The notes under the pieces: generated by a model
Told to the model about the DNA's origin: nothing
What the model saw: the letters and a program-made list of their open reading frames with translations, nothing else
Databases searched by the model: none
Made by a program: the position numbers and the translations under genes
From: Vicinamibacterales bacterium
Lineage (GTDB): Bacteria; Acidobacteriota; Vicinamibacteria; Vicinamibacterales; UBA2999
Direction of reading: 5' to 3'
Assembly (NCBI GenBank): GCA_035495795.1
Contig: DATJFF010000196.1
Coordinates: 1,326 to 65,325, forward strand
DNA: 64,000 bases
Part shown: one piece after another, positions 7,985 to 17,094 of the stretch
How the letters are laid out: each line of letters starts with the position of its first letter
How positions within the stretch are numbered: the stretch's first letter is position 1

Positions 7985-10813
7985 ATGATCGGCACCCCAA
8001 AGGATTCGAGTGACGTTCTCGAGCGTGTGAGTGACGGCGTCGTCGCGCTTGACCGGAACTGGCGCTACACCTATGTGAACTCGCGAGCGGCGATACTGTT
8101 CGGCCGTCAGCCTGACGAGCTGGTCGGCCGACATATCTGGACCGAGTTCCCGGAAGGTGTCGGGCAGCCGTTCCAGCTTGCCTACCAGAAGGCCATGGAC
8201 GAGCAGATCTTCATCGAGATGGAGAACTACTACGAGCCCTGGGACCGCTGGTTCGAGAACCGCATCTATCCATCGCCCGACGGCGTCTCGATCTTCTTTC
8301 ACGAGATTACAGAACGCAAGCACGCCGAGCAGGCGGCTCGTGACAATGCGGCGCTGCTGCTGGGCCACAACCAGGTGCTGGAGCTCATCGCGCGGCGCGA
8401 GCCGCTCGAGCACACGCTCGATGCGCTGCTGCGCCTGATCGAAGCGCAGTGTCCGGGCATGCTCTGTTCAATTCTGCTGCTCGATTCAGACGGTATTCAT
8501 ATTCGCCATGGGGCCGCGCCTAGCCTGCCAACGGCGTTCGTGCGCGCCGTGGATGGCCAGCCAATTGGTCCACGCGCCGGCTCGTGCGGTACGGCCGCCT
8601 ACCGACGCGAGCCAGTCATCGTGGCCGACATCGCCACGGATCCCCTGTGGGACGATTATCGAGAGGCGGCGCTCGCACACGGGTTGCGTGCCTGTTGGTC
8701 GACGCCGATTGTCGACGAGGAGCGTCGTGTCCTGGGGACCTTTGCGGTCTATTTTCGTACGCCGGGGCACCCGACCGACCAGCATCGCCGGCTCATCGAC
8801 CTGTCCACATCCACCGCTGCCATCGCGATTGCGAAACACCTGGAGACGCACGCGCTGCGCGCCAGCGAGGAGCGTCTGCGCCTGGCCGTGACCCGCGGCA
8901 ACATTGGCATCTGGGAGTGGACCATCGACACGAACCGCCTCGAGCTGAGCGACGAATTGAAGGCCATACTCGGCTGGGTGCCGGATGTTCCACTCACGCA
9001 GGCGATGTTCGTGGATGCGATCCATGCCGACGATCGCGCTGAGGTCGTGGCCGCCCTCGAACGCTCCCTCGCCGATCGCAGCCGCTTCGATGCCGAGTTC
9101 CGCGTGCCGCGCGGCGCGGCGCCGCGCTGGATCGCCGTCACCGGGCGTGCCGAATACGATGCGGCCGGCCGGCCCGTTCGGATGCTGGGTGTCGGGCGGG
9201 ATATCACCAACCGCAAGCGCGCCCAGGAGGAGACCTCCCGGCGAGAAGCGCAGCTTGCCGAGGCACAGCGACTGGCCGCACTCGGCAGCTACGAATGGGA
9301 CGTCCGGACCAACACGGTCGATCGCTCAGAGGAACTGTGCAGGATTTTCGGCATGACCTGCGACACATTCGAGCCCACGTTCGAGGCGTATCTCGCGCGC
9401 GTTCATCCCGAAGATCGAGACACAACCAGGCGCATCGTCGAAGAATCCTTCCGCGACGGTACGCCGTTCGAATTCGAAGAGCGCATCATCCGGCCCGATG
9501 GCGTCGTTCGGCTACTGCATAGTCAGGGCCACTGGATCTTCGACGACGACCGGCAGCCGCTGAAGCTCGTGGGCATCTGCCAGGACACGACCGAACGACG
9601 TCGCGCAGAGGACGACCTGCGACGGAGCGAGCAGCGTTTCCAGATTGTCGCGCGCGCCACCAACGACGCTATCTGGGACTGGGATCTCGAAACCAATCGC
9701 CTCTGGTGGAACCAGGGCATCACGACCTTGTTTGGGTACGCCGCCGCCGACGTCGACGCCGCAATCGATTGGAAATCGTCACGTCTTCATCCGGACGACT
9801 TACCTGACGTGCTTTCAGGCATCCGGGCTGTCATGGAAGCGGGAGCCCAGTTCTGGTCTGGTGAGTATCGCTTTCGGCGGGCCGACGGCTCCTATGCCGA
9901 CGTCTTCGACCGCGCGTTTGTCATGTATGACGAGACCGGCTGGCCGTGCCGCATGATCGGAGCGATCGGGGACATCACCGATCGGAAGCGGGCGCTGGAC
10001 ATCCTGGAGCAGCGAGTGGCGACCCGCACCGAGGAACTCCAGGTAAAAAATCGTGAGCTCGAGGACGAGGTGATTCAGCGCCAGCGGATCGCGGAATTAT
10101 TGCGAGAGCGGAACGAAGAGCTGAAGGCGTTTGCGTATACCGTGTCACACGACCTCAAGGCGCCGCTGCGGGGCATTGCCGGTTATGCCCAGGAGCTCAG
10201 TCGCCGGCATCGGACAGGGCTCGCCGATCGTGCAGTGTTGTGTATCGACCAGATCGTGACGGCGACCCACAACCTTGACCGTCTCATCGAGGACTTGCTG
10301 AAGTACTCCCGACTCGACGCCGAGACGCCGACGAGTACGATGGTCGATCTGACGGATATGGTCGATACGATTCTGGCCGATCGAAAGGCGGTGATGCTCG
10401 AGCAGTCGGTGACGATGGAGGTCGTCCTCAGCGCCACAACCATCCGGGCATGGGAGCGTGGCCTGTTTCAGGTACTGGCGAATCTCATCGACAACGCCCT
10501 CAAGTACAGCCGAGATGCGACCCCACCTCGGGTTCGGGTCGCAAGCCAGACGCACGCCGGCGTCGTCCGCATGGTCGTGACCGATAACGGGATTGGTTTC
10601 GACATGAAATACCACGATCGAATTTTCGGGCTCTTCAACCGCCTCGTGAGGCAGGAGGAGTTCGACGGCACCGGTGCCGGATTGGCCATCGTGAAGAAGA
10701 TCGTCGACAAGGTTGGCGGCAAGATCTGGGCGGAGTCGAGCCCGGGCGCGGGCGCGAGCTTCTTCGTCGACTGGCCAGAGGGCGGTTCTCCCACCGGCGA
10801 TGCGACTCGATGA
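7985..10813 (+). CDS. Cytoplasmic multi-PAS/GAF sensor histidine kinase
   Basis: ORF 7895..10813. The start is uncertain (7895, GTG 7961 or ATG 7985). There is no TM segment. The order is PAS, GAF, then three further PAS-like repeats. H-box YTVSHDLKAPLRGI, N/G boxes DNALKYS, DNGIGF and GTGAGLAIVKKIV are present. Confidence 0.9.
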   Translation: MIGTPKDSSDVLERVSDGVVALDRNWRYTYVNSRAAILFGRQPDELVGRHIWTEFPEGVGQPFQLAYQKAMDEQIFIEMENYYEPWDRWFENRIYPSPDGVSIFFHEITERKHAEQAARDNAALLLGHNQVLELIARREPLEHTLDALLRLIEAQCPGMLCSILLLDSDGIHIRHGAAPSLPTAFVRAVDGQPIGPRAGSCGTAAYRREPVIVADIATDPLWDDYREAALAHGLRACWSTPIVDEERRVLGTFAVYFRTPGHPTDQHRRLIDLSTSTAAIAIAKHLETHALRASEERLRLAVTRGNIGIWEWTIDTNRLELSDELKAILGWVPDVPLTQAMFVDAIHADDRAEVVAALERSLADRSRFDAEFRVPRGAAPRWIAVTGRAEYDAAGRPVRMLGVGRDITNRKRAQEETSRREAQLAEAQRLAALGSYEWDVRTNTVDRSEELCRIFGMTCDTFEPTFEAYLARVHPEDRDTTRRIVEESFRDGTPFEFEERIIRPDGVVRLLHSQGHWIFDDDRQPLKLVGICQDTTERRRAEDDLRRSEQRFQIVARATNDAIWDWDLETNRLWWNQGITTLFGYAAADVDAAIDWKSSRLHPDDLPDVLSGIRAVMEAGAQFWSGEYRFRRADGSYADVFDRAFVMYDETGWPCRMIGAIGDITDRKRALDILEQRVATRTEELQVKNRELEDEVIQRQRIAELLRERNEELKAFAYTVSHDLKAPLRGIAGYAQELSRRHRTGLADRAVLCIDQIVTATHNLDRLIEDLLKYSRLDAETPTSTMVDLTDMVDTILADRKAVMLEQSVTMEVVLSATTIRAWERGLFQVLANLIDNALKYSRDATPPRVRVASQTHAGVVRMVVTDNGIGFDMKYHDRIFGLFNRLVRQEEFDGTGAGLAIVKKIVDKVGGKIWAESSPGAGASFFVDWPEGGSPTGDATR

Positions 10814-11259
10814 ATACCCTGGTGCGCCCGATCCTGCTCGTCGAAGACAATCCGATGGATGTCGATCTGACGCTGCAGGCGTTCACCGAGCACGGCGTCG
10901 CCAACGCGATAGTCGTCTGCCGGGACGGGGAAGAGGCGGTGCGTTATATGGAAGCGCACGCCGTCGGCACCGATCCGCAGCTGCCCATTCTCGTGCTGCT
11001 CGACTTGCGGTTGCCGAAACTCGATGGGATCGAGGTCCTGCGATGGGCCCGCCAGCACCAGGTGTGGCGGCAGGTGCCGGTCATCGTATTGACGACGTCA
11101 CGCGAGAACACCGACATCGAGTCGGCCTACCGTCTGGGGGTCAATTCCTACATCGTCAAACCCGTGGATTTCCCGGCCTTTGCCGCGGTTGCAGCGACGA
11201 TCAAGATCTACTGGTTGCTCACCAACGTACCTCCGTTTCCGGACAGCCGCGGGCTCTGA
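10810..11259 (+). CDS. Single-domain response regulator (receiver only)
   Basis: The ATGA start overlaps the upstream kinase stop. Receiver motifs ILLVEDNPMDVDL, VLLDLRLPKLDG, VIVLTTS and SYIVKP are present. Confidence 0.9.
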   Translation: MNTLVRPILLVEDNPMDVDLTLQAFTEHGVANAIVVCRDGEEAVRYMEAHAVGTDPQLPILVLLDLRLPKLDGIEVLRWARQHQVWRQVPVIVLTTSRENTDIESAYRLGVNSYIVKPVDFPAFAAVAATIKIYWLLTNVPPFPDSRGL

Positions 11260-11262
11260 GCG

Positions 11263-13284
11263 ATGGCCGAGAACCTGCGCGTCCTCTACGCGGAAGACAA
11301 CGCGTTCGATGCCGAGCAGCTGACCGACTACGTGGCCCAACACGCGTCGGACATCGCGGTCGAGGTCGTTCCAACAGGTGAGCGATGCCTCGCTCGCCTC
11401 ACAGCCGGCGTTTACGATGCGCTGCTTTTGGATAACCACCTGCCCGACATGGACGGGATCGATGTCCTGCGGCACCTGGCCACTCGCGGCCAGTTCCTGC
11501 CGATCGTCGTCGTGACCGGTGTCGGTGATGAGCAACTGGTGGTGCAAGCGCTTCGACTTGGCGCTGTCGATTATGTGCCGAAGCAGGGCAACTATCTCGA
11601 CGGCCTGCCTGCGGTGCTGAGGAGCGCGGTTACTCTGTACCGAAACCGGCCCGGGCGCGATGCGATCGGCCGCCCACGTGCGTGCCGCGTCCTGTACGTG
11701 GAACGTCACGCGCACGACATCGACCTGACGCTGAGGCATTTTGCTGATGCCGCGCCGCATCTGACGACGGAGATCGTGCGGTCCGCCACCGACGCACTGG
11801 CCCGCCTCCAGGAGGCTACGTTCGATCTCGTGCTCGCCGATCTCCGAATGCCCGACCTCAGCGCGCTGTATCTGCTCAGAGCCACACGGGCGCGTGAGAT
11901 CGATGTGCCGTTCATCGTGATCACCGGACAGGGCGACGAATCAGCTGCGGTTGCGGCGTTGAAGCTGGGTGCCTATGACTACATTGTCAAGCGTGACAAT
12001 TACCTCACTCAGCTGCCGTACGCGATCGATCACGCCATTGCACGATTCGAGCTCGAACAGCTCAATCGACGTCTGGAAACGGAGCTCGGCGAGCGCAAGA
12101 AAATGGAAGCGGACCTGCGCGAGCAGGCCATCGCGCTGGCCGACTCGGCGCGGCAGCGGGAAGAGTTTCTCGCCATGCTCGGCCATGAGCTGCGCAATCC
12201 ACTCGCGCCGATTCGCACTGCGCTCGAATTGCTCCGACCCTTCACCGCCGACGATCCCATTGCGGTGAATGCGTATCAGGTCATGGACCGTCAGATCGTC
12301 CATATGGTTCGGCTGCTCGATGATGTACTCGATGTGGCACGCATCACGAGCGGGCGAATCAAGCTCGATCTTCGCCAGATCGATTTACGAATCGTTGTCG
12401 CAGAGGCGGTCGAGAGCGCCCGTCCGCTCATCGAGGGGCGCAAGCATCAGCTGCGGACGTCGCTGCCGGATATGCCGCTGATCGTGCGTGGCGATCTCAC
12501 GCGGCTTGTCCAAGTTCTGGTCAACCTGCTGAACAACGCCGCCAAATACACCGAGCAAGGCGGCACAATCGAGGTCAGTGCCGCTCGAGCCAATCAAGAC
12601 GCCGTGTTGCAGGTCAGAGACACCGGGGCCGGCATATCAGCGCAACTGCTGCCGAAAATATTCGACCTGTTCACTCAGGACGACCGGACACTCGACCGGG
12701 CGCAAGGAGGCCTCGGCCTGGGGCTGACGCTCGTGCGACGAATCACCGAGCTCCATGGTGGCCGCGTGGACGCACGAAGCGAGGGGCCGGGACGGGGCAG
12801 TAGCTTCTCGATCACGCTGCCAGCGCTCGTGCTCGAGGAGCCCGTGGATCTGCGGCGCCCGAGTGGCGCACCGCCCCTGCCCGCCGGTCCGCTCCGCTGC
12901 CTCATCGTGGAGGACAACATTGATGCCGCGGAGATGCTCCAGCTCGCGCTCGAATTGGAAGGCAACACCGTGCGCCTGGCGTTGGACGGAGAGGAGGCGG
13001 TGGCCGGTGCCGCCGCATTCCAGCCCGATATCATCGTGCTCGACATTGGATTGCCCCGCATGAACGGGTACGAAGTCGCCCGTGCGGTCCGTCAGATTCC
13101 CGGGCTCCACGACGTTGTCATCATTGCCGCGACCGGATACGGCCAGGACGCCGACCGCCACAAGAGCCAGTCCGCAGGCATCAATCAACTTCTGGTCAAG
13201 CCGGTCGAGCTCGAGGCGCTATTGCGTGCATTCGCCGTCGAACGGGAGCGATTGTCCAGCCGCCCGGCGCCACCGCGGGATTGA
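11263..13284 (+). CDS. Hybrid histidine kinase with two N-terminal and one C-terminal receiver domains
   Basis: REC1 has LLLDNHLPDMDG and REC2 has VLADLRMPD. A coiled coil follows, then H-box FLAMLGHELRNPLAPI, HATPase blocks NLLNNAAKYT, DTGAGI and GGLGLGLTLVRRI, and REC3 with IIVLDIGLPRMNGYEV. Confidence 0.9.
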   Translation: MAENLRVLYAEDNAFDAEQLTDYVAQHASDIAVEVVPTGERCLARLTAGVYDALLLDNHLPDMDGIDVLRHLATRGQFLPIVVVTGVGDEQLVVQALRLGAVDYVPKQGNYLDGLPAVLRSAVTLYRNRPGRDAIGRPRACRVLYVERHAHDIDLTLRHFADAAPHLTTEIVRSATDALARLQEATFDLVLADLRMPDLSALYLLRATRAREIDVPFIVITGQGDESAAVAALKLGAYDYIVKRDNYLTQLPYAIDHAIARFELEQLNRRLETELGERKKMEADLREQAIALADSARQREEFLAMLGHELRNPLAPIRTALELLRPFTADDPIAVNAYQVMDRQIVHMVRLLDDVLDVARITSGRIKLDLRQIDLRIVVAEAVESARPLIEGRKHQLRTSLPDMPLIVRGDLTRLVQVLVNLLNNAAKYTEQGGTIEVSAARANQDAVLQVRDTGAGISAQLLPKIFDLFTQDDRTLDRAQGGLGLGLTLVRRITELHGGRVDARSEGPGRGSSFSITLPALVLEEPVDLRRPSGAPPLPAGPLRCLIVEDNIDAAEMLQLALELEGNTVRLALDGEEAVAGAAAFQPDIIVLDIGLPRMNGYEVARAVRQIPGLHDVVIIAATGYGQDADRHKSQSAGINQLLVKPVELEALLRAFAVERERLSSRPAPPRD

Positions 13285-13570
13285 CGACGTAATCCGAAGC
13301 CGGTCTTGGACCGGTTGGCGGCTGGACGCCAGCGCCTCCCAAATGGCTCCCCGAAAAGGAGCAGCTGTTGCGTCCCGGCCACATCTCATTTCAGACCAAT
13401 AACTTACAGACGACGAGTGCCTGTTGCGAATCTCCTGCCCCGCTCGGCCCACCATCCTGTTTCTAACTTCAACTTCCGCTCGTCGCAGCTCCCGATTATT
13501 TCCACCCTCGATTCCGGTATGAACTGATTGAGCATCGCCGAACGCGTCGGCGCTAACCGGGAGCGGAACC

Positions 13571-14647
13571 GTGAGCGGAACTCAGATCCCATCGGGATCG
13601 GCCGAAACGACAGCGCTGACCGCGGCAATTCGTGCTGGTGACGAAGAGGCTTTCAACCATCTCGCCGGCCGCCATCGTCGCGAGTTGCTCATCCACTGCT
13701 ATCGCATGCTCGGCTCCCTCGACGACGCCGAGGATGCCGTCCAGGACGCGCTTCTCCGCGCCTGGCGCTATCGGGCGAGCCTCATCGAAGGAGCGCCACT
13801 GCGTCCGTGGCTCTACCGCGTGGCCACCAACGTCTGCCTCGATGCCATCGCCCGCGACGAACGGCGGTCCGTTCTGGCCGCGAAGTCTGTGGAGAACGAT
13901 ACTCCACCGTCGACCGACGAGGTCGCGTGGCTTCAGCCGATTCCAGACTCTCTGATCGAGCCGATCTCGCAACCGATTTCGCAACATGCTGCCGACCCGG
14001 AAACGATCGTGTTGAGCCGCGAAACGATCGAACTCGCGTTCCTCACCGTTATTCAATTGCTTACGCCGCTGCAGCGGGCGGTGCTCATCCTCTGTGACGT
14101 GCTGGGCTGGTCGGCCAAAGAAGCCGCTGGGCTCCTGGATGTCAGCACCGCGGCGGTCAACAGCGCCCTGCAGCGGGCGCGCGTGACGCTTCAGCGAAGG
14201 CTGCCATCGCGGAGGCCCGAATGGCCGCCCGGCGCGGATCCCAGCGTCGCCGAGCGCGAATTGTTGAAGAAGATCGTCGATGCGAGCGAGAACGCTGACC
14301 TCGAAGCATTCACGTCGATCATCCGCGACGACGCCATCTTTCGAATGCCCCCCCAGCCGGACATCGTTGTTGGCCGGGACGCCATGTTCAACCTCTGGGT
14401 TGACGAAGGCTTTGGGTCGGAGCGGTTCGGCCGCCTTCGCTGTGTGCCCACACGTGCCAACTTGCAGCCGGCGGTGGCCAACTATGTGCTGCGTCCAGGC
14501 GATGCGGCGTGGCGGGCGCTGACTCTCGATGTGCTGCGAATCGAGGAAGGCATCATCACGGAAATCGTGACGTTCGCAGGTGCTGTCTTTCCACGGTTCG
14601 GGCTCCCCCTGACGATAGACGAACAGGCGGGAGGAGAAAGGACATAA
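13571..14647 (+). CDS. ECF sigma factor with long C-terminal NTF2/SnoaL-like extension (TIGR02960 / ECF41-ECF56-like)
   Basis: GTG start. Region 2 reads HCYRMLGSLDDAEDAVQDALLRAWRY and region 4 reads LTPLQRAVLILCDVLGWSAKEAAGLLDVSTAAVNSALQRAR. About 150 extra C-terminal residues follow. No anti-sigma gene is adjacent. Confidence 0.85.
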   Translation: MSGTQIPSGSAETTALTAAIRAGDEEAFNHLAGRHRRELLIHCYRMLGSLDDAEDAVQDALLRAWRYRASLIEGAPLRPWLYRVATNVCLDAIARDERRSVLAAKSVENDTPPSTDEVAWLQPIPDSLIEPISQPISQHAADPETIVLSRETIELAFLTVIQLLTPLQRAVLILCDVLGWSAKEAAGLLDVSTAAVNSALQRARVTLQRRLPSRRPEWPPGADPSVAERELLKKIVDASENADLEAFTSIIRDDAIFRMPPQPDIVVGRDAMFNLWVDEGFGSERFGRLRCVPTRANLQPAVANYVLRPGDAAWRALTLDVLRIEEGIITEIVTFAGAVFPRFGLPLTIDEQAGGERT

Positions 14648-15315
14648 TGAACGCTCCCTCCTCAATCACCATCACGCCAGTCCGCGTTGCCGACCTGCTC
14701 GCCGCGGGCGAGCGGATGCCGGTCTACGTGCACGTCATCGACCACCCCGATGCGCGCGTGCTGGTCGACACCGGCATGACGGAGCTGCACCCGGCGGTGG
14801 CCGACCTCGATCCCCGGCTCCGTCCACTGAGCGAGCAGGACTTCGACCTCGCCGCCGTCGACATCGTCATCAACACGCACCTGCACTTCGACCACTGCGG
14901 CGGCAACCACCTCTTCGCCGGCAAGCCGATCTACGTCCAGCGTCTGGAGCTCGACGACGCGCGCAGCCAGGATGACTACACCATCCGCGAGTGGGTCGAG
15001 GCGCCCGGCGTGACGTACGTGCCAGTCGACGGCGAGCACGAGCTGCTTCCCGGGCTCCGGCTCCTCCCGGCGCCGGGCCACACCCGCGGCATGCAAGTGG
15101 TCGTCGTCGAGACCGGCGGGCGTCCGGTCGTCGTCGGCGGCGACGTGGCGGTCTGGTTTGGCGAGCTCGACGAGCCGCAGACCGAAGGCCAGCTGCGAGT
15201 CCGCGCGCTCGACCCCGAGCTGGTCTGGCTCACGCACGCCGACGAGCCCTGGCGACCTCAGTTGAGCGTCATCACCCGAACGCCGAGCCAGATGCCCAAT
15301 CCAAAGAAGACATGA
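14647..15315 (+). CDS. MBL-fold metallo-hydrolase (lactonase-like)
   Basis: Lies within ORF 14509..15315. ATG 14647 overlaps the sigma stop (TAATG) and follows GGGAGGAGAAAGG. HxHxDH motif INTHLHFDHCGGN, then PAPGHTRG. Confidence 0.85.
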   Translation: MNAPSSITITPVRVADLLAAGERMPVYVHVIDHPDARVLVDTGMTELHPAVADLDPRLRPLSEQDFDLAAVDIVINTHLHFDHCGGNHLFAGKPIYVQRLELDDARSQDDYTIREWVEAPGVTYVPVDGEHELLPGLRLLPAPGHTRGMQVVVVETGGRPVVVGGDVAVWFGELDEPQTEGQLRVRALDPELVWLTHADEPWRPQLSVITRTPSQMPNPKKT

Positions 15316-15743
15316 CTGACCAGGCTGCTGACGAACAAGCGCGTGCCGGCCGGACCGTGCGCGCCGAAGAAACCGTATCCCATCGCGGGAAACATCAGCA
15401 GCCACGGGAACACGTCCGTGCAGACGCCGAAAGCCAGCGCCGGTGACAGGCCTCTCGCCTGCCAGCCGATTCGATTCGCCATCAGAACAAAGAGCGCGGT
15501 CAGGAACATGCCGATCGCATAGTGCCCCGGAATTGCGATCGCGAGTTCGTTACTTGTCGAGGCCGCGCGAGCGATGTCCTCATGCAGTGGGTGAGCGCGC
15601 GCGACCGCGGCGAACCAACGGCCGATCAGGTTCGGCGCCAGCGGCGCGATCAACCGCAATCGAATCGCGATGGCGCTCAGCCCATCCATCGACGCTGTCG
15701 CGATCACACCGGCGAGCAGCATCTGCCACCATTTCAACGGCAT
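15258..15743 (-). CDS. DUF2938-type small membrane protein
   Basis: Lies within ORF 15258..16022. ATG 15743 follows GGAGAG. MPLKWWQMLLAGVIATASMDGLS...LIGRWFAAV...PGHYAIGMF...SLVSHVFFGLGIWLG fits the DUF2938 pattern (from memory). It overlaps the upstream gene's stop by 10 nt. Confidence 0.75.
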   Translation of the reverse strand: MPLKWWQMLLAGVIATASMDGLSAIAIRLRLIAPLAPNLIGRWFAAVARAHPLHEDIARAASTSNELAIAIPGHYAIGMFLTALFVLMANRIGWQARGLSPALAFGVCTDVFPWLLMFPAMGYGFFGAHGPAGTRLFVSSLVSHVFFGLGIWLGVRVMTLN

Positions 15744-17005
15744 GGCGAACTCTCCGTGGTGGTGGCCCCGGCGATCGGTAGTGACCCTGCCAGACTCTCT
15801 CGAAGAAACGCCACGGCCTCCAGCCACGCCGCCCGATTCGCGGCCGCCTGGCCCCGCGGCTTGCCGCCCAGTGCGAACTTGCCGTCCAGGACGCTTGTCG
15901 ACACACCCGGGGGGCGCATCAGATGGCCGGCGTCCGGGTAGCGGACATGCCGCGAGCTGAACGGATGTCCGTGAGCCGCCAGGCGGTTCATGATCTGCTG
16001 TCCCATGTATGAGGCCGGCCACATCCTGTCGTCATCTCCCGACACAAGGAGAATCGGACCGTTCGTGTGCTCGACCGGAATGAAGACATCGGCGGGGAGC
16101 GGCCCGTCGAAAGCCGCGTCGAAGAGGGGCGTCAGCGAGACCGGTGATTCGCGGAACACGCGCTCTCTCACCGCCGACAGCGCCGGCGTCATGAGCGAAA
16201 AGAACGGAATCGAACGGCCATTGGTCGTCCACGCCGGCAGATCGGCGGGGCGATCGCCATACAGCCCGTTCCAGACCACGCTGCTCGGGCAGTACGCGAC
16301 CACGGATCGGACGTACGGGAGGCGGGATCCCAGTGTCAACGCCAACTCGGCGCCGCGCGAAATGCCGACGACGCCGAGTGCATCCGGCCGAACCCCGGGC
16401 TGCGCGATCAGCCACTCGAATCCGCCGGCAAAGTACTCGAGCGGAATCTCCACGAGCTGCGGCGGCAACTCGCCGACACCGAAGTAGGCGAGCGCGAGCG
16501 CAGCAAAGCCGTGCCGCGCAAGCAGGGCCGCGACCTGTGCCGACCAGGCCAGCGCGCCGGACGACCCGCCGAGGACGATGACGGCCGGCCTCGGTTCGAT
16601 TGAGGCTGGCTGAAAGAACACACCCGAGAGATGCGGCTCACGCACACGCGTCGTCAACACGTCGGCGGCGACAAAGAGCCGCTTGGCCGCGGCGGCCGCC
16701 ACCACACGGCCGCCACACTCCGCCGTCAATGCCACGATGAGCGGCGAGGTGCTGGTAGTGTCGAACGGACGACGTACGGCGTCCGGGCTAGGTGCCATGG
16801 ACGCGATCAACTCGTCAGCATCTATCTTTGCTACGCCGTCACGTCCGGCGCAGAGCGCTCGGTGCGATCTCCATAGGAGGTTACGCGAATCGCGCAGCTC
16901 TGCGCGGACGGTCACGCATTCTCCCTGAGGCAGGCCGCGGACGAACCCGTGCAGGGGCTCGTCGATCGGTCCGGTAGTCGGTGTCAGCACAATCTCGATG
17001 TTCAT
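15734..17005 (-). CDS. BAAT/acyl-CoA thioester hydrolase family protein
   Basis: 423 aa. The N-terminal BAAT-type beta domain is followed by an alpha/beta-hydrolase half with the nucleophile elbow GISRGAELAL and a dienelactone-hydrolase-like C-terminus. Confidence 0.85.
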   Translation of the reverse strand: MNIEIVLTPTTGPIDEPLHGFVRGLPQGECVTVRAELRDSRNLLWRSHRALCAGRDGVAKIDADELIASMAPSPDAVRRPFDTTSTSPLIVALTAECGGRVVAAAAAKRLFVAADVLTTRVREPHLSGVFFQPASIEPRPAVIVLGGSSGALAWSAQVAALLARHGFAALALAYFGVGELPPQLVEIPLEYFAGGFEWLIAQPGVRPDALGVVGISRGAELALTLGSRLPYVRSVVAYCPSSVVWNGLYGDRPADLPAWTTNGRSIPFFSLMTPALSAVRERVFRESPVSLTPLFDAAFDGPLPADVFIPVEHTNGPILLVSGDDDRMWPASYMGQQIMNRLAAHGHPFSSRHVRYPDAGHLMRPPGVSTSVLDGKFALGGKPRGQAAANRAAWLEAVAFLRESLAGSLPIAGATTTESSPCR

Positions 17006-17094
17006 GTCTGCATGATTTCGCGGTCGTACGCATCATGCGATGACCTTGCACGACAATGTGCTGACCGGAGGCGCCAGGTGTCGATATTGATCAG

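Noticed and set aside
13553-14665. Long antisense ORFs opposite real genes: 13553..14665, 29975..31345, 47153..49219, 59731..61827, 62661..63941 and 28000..28950.
   Set aside because: All are Arg/Pro/Gly/Asp-rich with no motifs. Each lies exactly opposite a gene with strong family signatures. These are artefacts of high GC content.
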